Shown here: positions 39,549 to 48,807 of the stretch, in pieces | Layout: every line of letters begins with the position of its first letter | Position numbering within the stretch: the stretch's first letter is position 1 | Assembly: GCA_016706815.1 (NCBI GenBank) | Contig: JADJIW010000040.1 | Location: 16,251-80,250, forward strand | Source of the DNA: Deltaproteobacteria bacterium | GTDB lineage: Bacteria; Myxococcota_A; UBA796; CAJQPC01 | Direction of reading: 5' to 3' | DNA length: 64,000 bases | Position numbers and translations under genes: made by a program | The notes under the pieces: generated by a model | What the model saw: the letters and a program-made list of their open reading frames with translations, nothing else | Databases searched by the model: none | Told to the model about the DNA's origin: nothing

Positions 39549-40992
39549 GCGCCCTCCTCTAAAAACGCCGCGCGCAGGGCGAGGCGGTCGTCAAAGGGGT
39601 GCTTGACCCCGGCGATCTCTTGGGTGGTCTCGTGGCCTTTGCCCGCGATCAGCACCACGTCCCCAGCCTTGGAGAGCGCGACGGCGCGGCGGATGGCCTC
39701 GGCGCGGTCGGGCACGATCAGGGCGTCGGGGCCGAGCCCGGGGCCATGTCGTTCAGGATGGCCAGCGGATCTTCACCGCGGGGGTTGTCGCTCGTGGCGA
39801 TGACCACGTCGGCGCCTTCGCTCGCCGCCCGGGCCATGAGCGGCCGCTTCTGGGGGTCGCGGTCGCCGCCGCAGCCGAAGACGAGCACAATCCGCTGGGC
39901 GCCGAGCTCTCGGAGCGCGCTGAGCACCGTGCGCAGGCCATCTTCAGTGTGGGCGTAGTCCACCAGCGCCGTGACGCCGCGGGGGTTGGCCACAGGCTCC
40001 AGCCGACCGGGCACCGGCGGCGCCTTGGCGAGCCCTTCGGCGACCTGCTCCGGGCTCAAGCCCAAGCTCAAGGCCGCGCCCGCCGCGCCCAAGGCGTTGG
40101 CGACGTTGTGCCGACCGAGCAGGGGCAGCCGCAGCGCAAAGTCACCCCAAGGCGTCACCACCGTCGCCTCGCTCCCAGAGACGGTGAGGCGTAGGCCCTC
40201 GGCGTGAACGTCGCCGTGATCTACCCCGAAGGTCACCCGGCGCACGCCCTCAGGCAGCGTCGGCAAGGCCATCACCGCCGGGTCTTCAGCGTTGAGCAGG
40301 GCCGTGGCCCCGCTGGGCAAAAGCTCCAAGAACAGCCGCGCCTTGGCCTGGGCATACGCCGCCATGTCGCCGTGGTAGTCGAGGTGGTCTTGGGTGAGGT
40401 TCGTGTAGACCCCCACCGCAAACCGTGTGGCGTCCACCCGCCGGGCGTCAAGGCCGATGGAGCTGACCTCGGCGGCCGCCCACGCGCAGCGAGCGTCCAC
40501 GGCCCGGCGCAGGAGGCCCTGCCACTCGGTGGGCTCGGGCGTGGTGTGGGTCGCGGGCAGGTTCTCCCCGGCCACACGGTTGCCCACGGTGCCGATGACC
40601 GCGGCGCGCACGCCGTTCGCCGCGGCGATGGCCTCGATGAGCTGCGTCGTCGTCGTCTTGCCGTTGGTGCCGGTCACCCCGACGACCTTCAGATCATTGG
40701 ACGGATGACCAAAAAACGCCGCGGCCAGCTCGGCCAAGGCCTTGCGGCTGTCGTTGACCCGCACGACGGTGACCCCGGCGGGGGCCTCTACGTCCCGCTC
40801 AACGACGACCGCGGCGGCCTCGCTGAGCCCAGCGACGTGATCGTGGCCATCCCCACGCCGCCCGACCAAGGCGACAAACACCGCCCCGGGGCCCGCGCGG
40901 CGCGAGTCCTGGGTGATGGCGACGATGGGAAGATCAACGCGGCCATGAACATGAGCCACGTCGACCCCGCGCAGCAGCTCGGAGAGCATCAT
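39545..40992 (-). CDS. murE: UDP-MurNAc-tripeptide--diaminopimelate ligase MurE, with an apparent 1-nt frameshift near 39722-39760
   Basis: The track ORF 39718..40992 ends at ..[13 protein letters not shown]. The conserved MurE C-terminus [58 protein letters not shown] continues in the +1 frame down to the murF ATG, overlapping it as GCATGA. Confidence 0.8.
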
Positions 40993-41728
40993 CAGCGTTC
41001 AGCGGGGAGGAGGGGGGTCGCGACGGGGAGAGGGAGAATCAGGAGAAGTTCAGGATGAAGCGGCGGAGATGTCGGGCGGCGGTGAGTGGCGCCCCTCTGC
41101 GTACTGCCAGGGAGTCACGCGGATTGGAGATACGGCTCAGCGTGCAGAGAGGCGCCACCAACACCTGCCCAATGGAGGTCCGATCGTGTCTTGCCTCCTT
41201 CAGACGCTCCCACCCCGCGAGGCCCCAGCGCGAAGAGGCCGGGGTTCCAAACCAGCAGCAGCAGTTGTCTCAGCGAGGAGCGACAGGGCGGGGCGACGGA
41301 CCAGCACAACTCACGGCGGAAGGAGGCGCGCCAGAACAGCGCGCTTGACCTCCGAGGCGAGCGCCAGCGATGACTGGCGAGCCGGACCCGCACCCCCGGC
41401 CTGCGACGCGCGGAGCCTGTCTGCGGGGCGGGAGCGTGAAGGATGGCCGGGCCGACGTGGCCGCGCGCACGAGGACTTCCTCGTACAGCGTCAGCGACAG
41501 CATCAGCAGGTTTCAGCAGGGTTTCGGCGGGCAGCGAGAGCATCGACAGCGTCTCTGATGGGCCAGAAGCGGGGCTGGCGTCACCAGGGCACACCCTTCG
41601 CGCGGGGATTGCGCTCGGGGCTCTGTCAAGCATACGCGGCAGCGCAGACCCGACCATCGGCAGATCATCCGCAAAGCGCAAGAGCACGCCTTCGGACCTC
41701 TGAGAGCTTGTTTGGCGGAGGTTGGCCG

Positions 41729-43822
41729 TCATTGCAGCACGACCTCCAGCCGGTCCCCCGCCGCCAAAGCATAGCCCGGCGCGGGGTTTTGAGAGACGAC
41801 GCGGCCTGAGCCGACGAGGCTGACCTCAACCCCGGCGCCATCGACGGCGACGAGCACGTCACGCATCGAGCGGCCGGTGAGATCAGGGACGGACATGCGG
41901 CCATCGGCGAGCCAGGTGAGCTGGGCGGGGCCTGGGGCCACCTTCACCGGGGCGGGCATCGCCATGGGCGGCGGCACCACGGGCAGGGGCAGGCCATCGG
42001 GGCCGAGCGCCGGAGGCGGCGGGGCGAGCTTGGGCTTGGGCTCAATCGGCACATCTTCGGGCACGCCCAGGTAACGAAGCGCCCGGGTGGCGATGAGCGA
42101 GAAGCCGGGGCCGGCGACGATGCCGCCGTACTTGCTGCCGATGGTGGGCGTGTCGCCGATGACCACGATGGCGAGGCGAGGATCGTTCGCCGGGGTGAGC
42201 CCGATGAACGACGACACACGCGCCGTGGCCGAGTAGTGGCCGTCCACGACCTTCTGCGCCGTGCCCGTCTTGCCCGCGGCGGAGAAGCCCTCGGGCCGGG
42301 CCTTGGTGCCCGTGCCGCCGGTCTCCAACACCGTGATCATCATCTTCACGAGGCTGTCCGCGGCCTCTTCAGAGATGACCCGCTCCACCCGCACCGGGCG
42401 GTTGCGCAGCCGGACGTAGCCCAGGCGATCCCGCACTTCAGAGACGAGGTACGGCTTCATGCGCACGCCGTCGTTGCCCACCGCGGCCAAGGCCGCCGCG
42501 AGCTGCACCGCGGTGGCGGTCATGCCCTGACCAAAGGCCGTCGTCGCCACCTCAATGGGCCGAATGCCTTTGGGGTTCCGCAAGAAGCCGTAGACCTCGC
42601 TGGGCAGGTTCAGGCCCGAGGGCTGGGTGAACCCAAACCGCTTGAGGCCGGCCATCATCTCTTCAGCGCCCATGGCGAACGCCAGCTTGGCCGTGCCGAT
42701 GTTGGAGCTGTACTTCACCACCTCAGAGAGCGTCACGACGCCGTGGGGGTGGTCGTCGTTGATGATGCTGTTGCCGACGCGCCAGCTCCCGCCCTCGCAG
42801 TCGATGAGGTCTTCAGCCTTGTTGATGCCTTTGTCTACGGCGAGGCCGACCACAAAGGGCTTGAGCACCGAGCCCGGCTCGTGGGCATCCGCGACGGCGC
42901 GGTTACGCATCGCCGAGACGTCGATGGTGGAGACGTCGTTGGGGTTCGCGTTGGGCCGGTTGGCGATGGCGAGGATCTCGCCGGTCTTCACGTCCATCAC
43001 CACCGCGATGGCCGCGGCCGGGGCGGAGGTGATCATCATCTGGTCCAGCGCGTCTTCAGCGGCGCGCTGAATGAAGGGCTCGATGGTGAGGGTGACCGAG
43101 TCCCCGGCGTGGGCCCGGGCCCGGGCGTCCCCCGCCGTCGAGATGTTGCGGCCGCGGCGGTCACGCTGCTGCACGAAGCGGTAGGTGCTGCCCCGAAGCT
43201 GCTTGTCCAGGGAGCGCTCGATGCCCTCAAGGCCCTGGTTGTTCTGCCCGACCATGCCCAACAGCGAGGCCGCCAGGGCGCGCCCGGGGTAAAACCGAGT
43301 GGACTGGTAGTCTACCCACAAGGCGCCGGGGACGAGCTTCTCGACGGCGTCGACGGCGTCGGGGGAGATCTGGCTGGCGAGCAGGATGTCGCGGCGCTCG
43401 CTCTTGCTCAGCTTCTCGGTGAGGTCCGCGGCGTCGAGGCCGAGCATGCCCGCCAGCTCACGCGCCAGGGGCCCGACCTGCTCGGCGGTGAGCTTGGACG
43501 GATCGGCGCGCAGCGCGGGCATCTCGACGGAGGTGGCCAGCACCGTGCCGTCGCGGCCGAGGATGTCGCCGCGCGGGGCCTCCACCTCTACCGCCGTCTG
43601 AAACTGCGTCGCGGCCTTGGCTTGAAGGCGATCGTCGGGCATCAACATCAGGGGCACGGCGCGCAGGGCCAACACGACGTAGCCAAGAATGACGCCGACC
43701 ATGATCAATGACGCGCGGAAACGGGCCCGGGCCATGAGCGTCGCCCGATCCACGGTGCCGGGATCTGGCGCGAGCATCGCGCCAAGCCAGGCGGAGAGAT
43801 CGTTGGCGACGGGCTTGTTCAC
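41729..43822 (-). CDS. ftsI: Penicillin-binding protein FtsI (transpeptidase) with C-terminal PASTA domain
   Basis: Track ORF with SxxK/SxN/KTG motifs. The C-terminal PASTA is PDLTGRSMRDVLVAVDGAGVEV..SQNPAPG. Confidence 0.9.
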   Translation of the reverse strand: MNKPVANDLSAWLGAMLAPDPGTVDRATLMARARFRASLIMVGVILGYVVLALRAVPLMLMPDDRLQAKAATQFQTAVEVEAPRGDILGRDGTVLATSVEMPALRADPSKLTAEQVGPLARELAGMLGLDAADLTEKLSKSERRDILLASQISPDAVDAVEKLVPGALWVDYQSTRFYPGRALAASLLGMVGQNNQGLEGIERSLDKQLRGSTYRFVQQRDRRGRNISTAGDARARAHAGDSVTLTIEPFIQRAAEDALDQMMITSAPAAAIAVVMDVKTGEILAIANRPNANPNDVSTIDVSAMRNRAVADAHEPGSVLKPFVVGLAVDKGINKAEDLIDCEGGSWRVGNSIINDDHPHGVVTLSEVVKYSSNIGTAKLAFAMGAEEMMAGLKRFGFTQPSGLNLPSEVYGFLRNPKGIRPIEVATTAFGQGMTATAVQLAAALAAVGNDGVRMKPYLVSEVRDRLGYVRLRNRPVRVERVISEEAADSLVKMMITVLETGGTGTKARPEGFSAAGKTGTAQKVVDGHYSATARVSSFIGLTPANDPRLAIVVIGDTPTIGSKYGGIVAGPGFSLIATRALRYLGVPEDVPIEPKPKLAPPPPALGPDGLPLPVVPPPMAMPAPVKVAPGPAQLTWLADGRMSVPDLTGRSMRDVLVAVDGAGVEVSLVGSGRVVSQNPAPGYALAAGDRLEVVLQ

Positions 43823-44175
43823 TGGGACACCCCGATCGTCACGGTGCGGACCTGAACGTCAGAGACGAGGCCCATGGCCGCGCCGACCTGGCCCAAGCGG
43901 GCGAGGTCTTGGCGGGTGGCCAGCTCAAGGCGCAGGCGCTCTTGTTCGGCCTGACGGGTGGCGAGCTGGGTGTTCACGCGGTCGAGCTCGGCGGCGCTGG
44001 CGCGCACGTCCACCCGAGACCAGACGTAAAACATCAACGAGGCGACGAGCAGCATCGCGAAGGTGAAGTACCGCAGCACCACACCGACCCGCACACCTGC
44101 CCGCGACGCGCCCGCGAGCAGCCCCGCCGCAGAGCGACCGACCCAAGCGCCTCCTAGCTCGCGACCCCATTCCAT
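43819..44175 (-). CDS. ftsL: Cell division protein FtsL-like (single TM + coiled coil)
   Basis: Track ORF in the position between rsmH and ftsI. It has a TM helix and a short coiled coil. Confidence 0.6.
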   Translation of the reverse strand: MEWGRELGGAWVGRSAAGLLAGASRAGVRVGVVLRYFTFAMLLVASLMFYVWSRVDVRASAAELDRVNTQLATRQAEQERLRLELATRQDLARLGQVGAAMGLVSDVQVRTVTIGVSQ

Positions 44176-44227
44176 GACAGACCTCCTACGCCACCTCAGC
44201 CACCGCCGACGTACTGCACCGCTGCCG

Positions 44228-45136
44228 CTACACCCGCTCGATCACCCGGAGCTTCGCCGAGCGCGCCCGGGGGTTCCCCGAGCCCGAGTCCTCGACGGCC
44301 TTCTTCGTGATGAGCTTCGCCGTCGGAACACCGAGGGACCGCCCGTAGGCGTCCTTCTCGGCGTCCAGCCCCGCGAGCGCCCGAAAACGCTGCTTGACCC
44401 GACGATCTTCCAAAGAATGAAACGAGATCACCGCCGCCCGACCGCCCACGGTGAGGCAGCCAGGCAAGGCCGCCAAGAGCCGGTCCAGCTCACCCAGCTC
44501 GTCATTGACGGCGAGGCGAAGGGCCTGGAACGAGCGTGTGGCGGGGTGAATGCGATCCCGAGGGCCGCCCATCGCCCCGGCGATGACCTGGGCGAGCTGC
44601 GCCGTGCCGGTGATCGGCCGCGCGGCGACGATGGCCCGGGCCAAACGACGCGACTGGCGCTCTTCACCGAGGCCATAGAGCAGATCCGCCAGCTCCGCCT
44701 CGGGGAGGCCGTTGACCAGCTCCGCCGCCGTGGTGGGGGCGTCTGGGTCCATCCGCATGTCCAGCGGGCCGTCTCGCATAAACGAGAAGCCCCGGGCGGC
44801 CTGATCGAGCTGGGGGCTCGAGACGCCGAGATCGGCGACGAGGCCGTCCACGGCGCTCACACCGGCCTCGGCCAAGGCGGCTTGCAGCGCGCCGAAGGTG
44901 AAGCGCACGGCGACGAAGCGCTCACCAAACCCGGCGAGGCGGGCTGAAGCGGCGGCGAGGGCGTTGGGGTCGCGGTCGAGGCCGATCACCCGGCCCGTGG
45001 GCCCCGAGGCCTCCAAGAGCCGCTCGGCGTGGCCGCCGCCGCCCAAGGTGCAGTCGAGGTACAGGCCGCCGTCGCGCGGAGCGAGCAGCGCGCAGACCTC
45101 GGACCCCATCACCGTCTCGTGCTGGAACACCGTCAC
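44228..45136 (-). CDS. rsmH: 16S rRNA (cytosine1402-N4)-methyltransferase RsmH (MraW)
   Basis: The track ORF is extended to 45508 across mraZ. The real start is VTVFQHETV (GTG at 45136). The SAM motif is DCTLGGGGHAE. Confidence 0.9.
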   Translation of the reverse strand: MTVFQHETVMGSEVCALLAPRDGGLYLDCTLGGGGHAERLLEASGPTGRVIGLDRDPNALAAASARLAGFGERFVAVRFTFGALQAALAEAGVSAVDGLVADLGVSSPQLDQAARGFSFMRDGPLDMRMDPDAPTTAAELVNGLPEAELADLLYGLGEERQSRRLARAIVAARPITGTAQLAQVIAGAMGGPRDRIHPATRSFQALRLAVNDELGELDRLLAALPGCLTVGGRAAVISFHSLEDRRVKQRFRALAGLDAEKDAYGRSLGVPTAKLITKKAVEDSGSGNPRARSAKLRVIERV

Positions 45137-45140
45137 TGGC

Positions 45141-45593
45141 TCACCCCTTCGTGGCGGGGAGCGCCTGTTGACGAGCCCGGGCGTACTCGTGAATGGCCTG
45201 CTGGCGAGTGGCCTCCCAGCGCGCCGGATCCCAGAGCTCAATCCACTGCATGACGGAGATGAGCACACACTCGCGGTCGAGGCCGGCGTCTTGGCGGAGC
45301 CGGTTGGGGATACGCAGGCGGCCTTGAGGATCCACCGCGCAGTCTTCAGCGTCAGCGAGCACGGCGTGGAAGTATGCTTGAGCGACGGGATCGAACGGGT
45401 CTCGGTCCTGGAACGGACCCTCGACGCGCTGGGCGAAGTAATCCGGGGTGAACGCCCGGATTCCTCCATCCACACACGTGAGCACCAGTGATTCGATCCC
45501 AGCGTCATTGATCTTGTGCCTCAGCCGCGCAGGGAGAGCGATGCGACCCTTGTCGTCCAAAGACGTCGAGACCTGGCAGCGTTCTCCGAGCAT
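45141..45593 (-). CDS. mraZ: Transcriptional regulator MraZ
   Basis: Track ORF with a duplicated MraZ/SpoVT-AbrB-like fold. It is the first gene of the dcw cluster. Confidence 0.9.
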   Translation of the reverse strand: MLGERCQVSTSLDDKGRIALPARLRHKINDAGIESLVLTCVDGGIRAFTPDYFAQRVEGPFQDRDPFDPVAQAYFHAVLADAEDCAVDPQGRLRIPNRLRQDAGLDRECVLISVMQWIELWDPARWEATRQQAIHEYARARQQALPATKG

Positions 45594-45659
45594 TCACCCA
45601 TCCGGGCCTTCGAGTGCACCACCGCGCACCCTTCTGTACCCTACCTCTCCACTCTACTC

Positions 45660-45965
45660 CATTTTGATCCACGTTCAAGGCGAAAGGGGGAAAACGCCCC
45701 ACGAGCCTGATCTCTGGTGGATCCCCCGGCAGGAGCGCCCGGACAGGGGATGCCCTTAATGTGGTTTCCAGCTTGATTTCTTGACGATCCTTGGGCTTTG
45801 GGGCGCAGGATCCACGGCGTCGGGCCGGGTGGATCGTGATCCACCGCGACGATCCACCGCGCGGCCAAGCGCCGCCCGCCGGGGGTGGATCCGGGGGCAG
45901 GGGTGGAGCGTGGTGGAGCGCCGGGCGCCAAACCGCGTCTCAGTGGAGCGCCGTGGAGTGGATCG
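45660..45965. promoter_or_regulatory. Array of about 12 GTGGA(T/G)C / GATCCAC heptamers upstream of mraZ, including four GTGGAGCG repeats phased 10 bp apart. Candidate MraZ or other regulator operator region.
   Basis: Motif positions read from the sequence: 45666(rc), 45717, 45808(rc), 45829, 45838(rc), 45851(rc), 45885, 45903, 45913, 45943, 45953 and 45958. There is a palindrome GTGGATCgtGATCCAC at 45829-45844. Confidence 0.4.
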
Positions 45966-45969
45966 CCGC

Positions 45970-46809
45970 TCAGAGCTCGGCGAGCCAGGCGAGCACGTCG
46001 TCCGCCACCTGCTCCCAGCCGGGCTGGGTCAAGGTGCCGTGGGTGCGGCCAGGCATCACGACGAGGTCCGTGCGCGAGGGCGAGGCCTCATACCGCCGCG
46101 CCATCCGCTCGTTGAGCCCGGCGGGGATGACGTGGTCCTCAGCGCCAGCCACGATCAGCAAGGGCGCGCGCTCCTTCGCCCAGTCCAGCTCCGCCGCGTC
46201 GGTGAGCGGCCCCTTGGCCACCCCTTTGGCCTCGGGCACCAAGCTCGCCTCGTACAGGGCCAAGGCCGCGTCCGACTCGAGGTAGTTGCCGAAGCCGAAG
46301 TGAAACTGCTTGGGGGAGAGCAGGATCGGGTCCATGCCCGGCTTGAGCACCGGGGCGTTTGAGCGCAAGAACGCCGGGGCGAAGCTCGTGAGCCCCTTGG
46401 GAGGGGCGGAGTGCAGCACAACCCCCGCGCTCCCGAGGCCCTCTTGCAGAAGAAGCTGCACGATGAGCCCGCCCATGCTGTGCCCGATGAGGATCGGCGA
46501 GTCCAGACCCGCGACCAGCTCCCGGTGCTGGGCGACGAGCTGCTCAAAGCTCAGCGTGTTGAGCGCCTCTGGGATGTCCGCGCGCAGCGCCGCGGGCTCG
46601 CCGTCATGCCCCGGCCACTCCGGCGCGAGGGTGTTGTAACCCTGGGCCTCAAACACCTCTCTCCAGTCATCCCAGCAGCCCGCGTTGAGGTAGAGGCCAT
46701 GAATGAACACCACCGTCCTCGGCGGCGCGACCCGGGCGGGTGTAGGGAGGCGCTCGGGATCCTCAGCGAAGGCGTAGAGCGTTGAGATCAGGGCCAAAGT
46801 CAGCGTCAT
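45970..46809 (-). CDS. Secreted alpha/beta-hydrolase
   Basis: Track ORF with a signal peptide and a GHSMGG nucleophile elbow. Confidence 0.7.
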   Translation of the reverse strand: MTLTLALISTLYAFAEDPERLPTPARVAPPRTVVFIHGLYLNAGCWDDWREVFEAQGYNTLAPEWPGHDGEPAALRADIPEALNTLSFEQLVAQHRELVAGLDSPILIGHSMGGLIVQLLLQEGLGSAGVVLHSAPPKGLTSFAPAFLRSNAPVLKPGMDPILLSPKQFHFGFGNYLESDAALALYEASLVPEAKGVAKGPLTDAAELDWAKERAPLLIVAGAEDHVIPAGLNERMARRYEASPSRTDLVVMPGRTHGTLTQPGWEQVADDVLAWLAEL

Positions 46810-46906
46810 TCACCACCTCGTTCCCACCTGCATAACTCAGCCTAGGCCCGACGAGCGCGCCGCCGAGCGGGCAGTCGGTTATGCAGGCCCAAAGACGGAC
46901 AGGGCC

Positions 46907-47380
46907 ATGACCAACCCCACGAACAAGCCCCAGAAGCCAAAGACCGTGCGCCCGATCGCCCAGAACCGGCGCGCGACCTTTGAGTTCGAGATCACCGACC
47001 GCTTCGAGGCCGGCATGTCTCTGCTCGGCACCGAGGTCAAGTCCTTACGCAACGGCAAGGCCCAGATCACCGACGCCTACGTCAAGGTAAAAGACGGCGA
47101 GGCGTTCCTACACGCCGCCCACATCGCGCCGTACACCCACGGCAGCGACAACAACCACCTCGCCGAGCGCGTCCGGAAGCTCCTTCTGCAGCCCGCTGAG
47201 ATCGAGAAGATCCGCCGGGCGGTGCAAGAGAAGGGCCTCTCCGTCATCCCCATCGCGATGTACTTCAAGGGGCCCTGGGCAAAGATCGAGATCGCGCTCG
47301 CCCGAGGCAAAAAACTGCACGACAAGCGCGAAGACCTCAAGGCCAAAGCCGACCGGCGCGAGCTGCGCAACGTCCGCTGA
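46907..47380 (+). CDS. smpB: SsrA-binding protein SmpB
   Basis: Track ORF with conserved SmpB N-terminal sequence (IAQNRRATFEFEI..GTEVKSLR). Confidence 0.9.
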   Translation: MTNPTNKPQKPKTVRPIAQNRRATFEFEITDRFEAGMSLLGTEVKSLRNGKAQITDAYVKVKDGEAFLHAAHIAPYTHGSDNNHLAERVRKLLLQPAEIEKIRRAVQEKGLSVIPIAMYFKGPWAKIEIALARGKKLHDKREDLKAKADRRELRNVR

Positions 47381-47424
47381 GCCGAGGTCCACCCCCGCTG
47401 CCCCCGCACGTTCTCGGAGAGACG

Positions 47425-48801
47425 ATGAAGCGCTTGATGACCCTCCTGCTCCCTGTGCTCGGACTCGCCGCAGGCGGCGTCGCGTTGGCGCTCTTGGGCG
47501 ACGGCCAAGAGACCCCGGCCCTCATCACCGGCCTCGTCTCGGGCTTGATGCTCTGCGGCGCCGCGATGGCCCACGCCCCGATGTTGGGTGTGGCGGCCCT
47601 GGGCGCGTACGGCGCGGGCCTCTCGGCGTATCTCGCCGTGCAGCACAAGGTCGCGATGGCCGGCGGGTCGAGCGTCTGCAACATCAACGACGTGCTCAAC
47701 TGCGACCTCGTGAACACCAGCGAGTGGTCTGAGATCGGCGGCTTGCCCATCGCGATGTTTGGCCTCGCGTTCTACGCCGCGCTCACCGTCGTCGGTGTGC
47801 AGGCCTGGCGTGACCGCCCGGGCTTAGACCGCGCCGCCGCCTTCACCTTGGCCCTGGCCATCCCCGGTCTCGGCGTCTCCTTGTTCTTGGGCGCGGTGAG
47901 CCTGCAGCTCGGCGCGTTCTGCATCCTCTGCGTCACGACCTACCTCATCAACGCCCTGCTCGTCGTCGCTGGGGTCCAGGCCCTTCGGGGTGAGCCCTTC
48001 TTCGATCAGCTCCCCTCAGCGCTCACGGGCTACAAAGATCGTTCGTTGCCTCTGGCGCTCATGGGCGCCGTCGTGGGCGGGATGGGCGGTTTTTACCTGT
48101 ACGAGAGCGCCAAGCTCCCCGCCTCGGCCCAGGCCATCGAGGCCGTCAACGACGGCAACGCCGAGAGCGCCGACTACGGCCGGCTCTACGAGCAGGTCGC
48201 GGGCAAGGTGAACCTCCACGGCTACGAGCCCGCCTGGGGCAAACCCGACGCGCCGTTCACCGTCGTCGAGTTCGCCGACTACCAGTGCCCCCACTGCGCG
48301 ATGATGGCCAAAGAGATCAAGGCCGTCTCCGCCAAGTTCCCCGAGATGCGGGTGCTCTACAAACACTACCCGCTGTCCAACATCTGCAACGACCGCATCC
48401 CCTCTCCGGGCCACACCGAGTCGTGTATGGCCTCGGCCGCCGCGGTCTGCGCCACCCAGCAGGGCCGCTTCTGGGAGCTCAACGCGCAGATGTTTGAGAA
48501 CCAGGACGTGCTCAACAAAGAGAACATCCGGTTCATGGCCCAGCAGCAGAACCTCGACATGACCGCTCTGGACGCCTGCATGAGCGACGAGGCCACGAGC
48601 GACCGCGTGCGCAGCGACGTGGCCCACGGCTGGGAGGCCGGGGTCATGGCGACGCCCTCGCTGTTCGTGAAGGGCCTGCTCGACGATCCAACCGCCTGGG
48701 TTCACATCACCAGCGGCTCTGAGGGCCTCGCGCTCTTGATTGAGGCCAAGAAGAAGGGCGTCCGGCTGCCCGCGCCTCGCCCGCCGACGCCGATGGAGTG
48801 A
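47425..48801 (+). CDS. Vitamin K epoxide reductase (VKOR) fused to thioredoxin/DsbA-like domain
   Basis: Track ORF. The N-terminal 4-TM VKOR domain carries CNIND..C and CILC motifs. The C-terminal DsbA-like domain carries CPHC (DYQCPHCAM). Confidence 0.8.
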   Translation: MKRLMTLLLPVLGLAAGGVALALLGDGQETPALITGLVSGLMLCGAAMAHAPMLGVAALGAYGAGLSAYLAVQHKVAMAGGSSVCNINDVLNCDLVNTSEWSEIGGLPIAMFGLAFYAALTVVGVQAWRDRPGLDRAAAFTLALAIPGLGVSLFLGAVSLQLGAFCILCVTTYLINALLVVAGVQALRGEPFFDQLPSALTGYKDRSLPLALMGAVVGGMGGFYLYESAKLPASAQAIEAVNDGNAESADYGRLYEQVAGKVNLHGYEPAWGKPDAPFTVVEFADYQCPHCAMMAKEIKAVSAKFPEMRVLYKHYPLSNICNDRIPSPGHTESCMASAAAVCATQQGRFWELNAQMFENQDVLNKENIRFMAQQQNLDMTALDACMSDEATSDRVRSDVAHGWEAGVMATPSLFVKGLLDDPTAWVHITSGSEGLALLIEAKKKGVRLPAPRPPTPME

Positions 48802-48807
48802 GCGCTG

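Noticed and set aside
41115-41732. 205-codon ORF starting ATGA-coupled to the ftsI stop
   Set aside because: Its product is low-complexity and Arg/Ser/Pro-rich, its third-position GC is far below neighbouring genes, and it has no recognisable motif. It is treated as non-coding spacer, though flagged in findings.
46810-46906. Looked for ssrA (tmRNA) beside smpB
   Set aside because: Only 97 bp of intergenic DNA, too short for a tmRNA of about 350 nt. No tRNA-like 3' end was seen.
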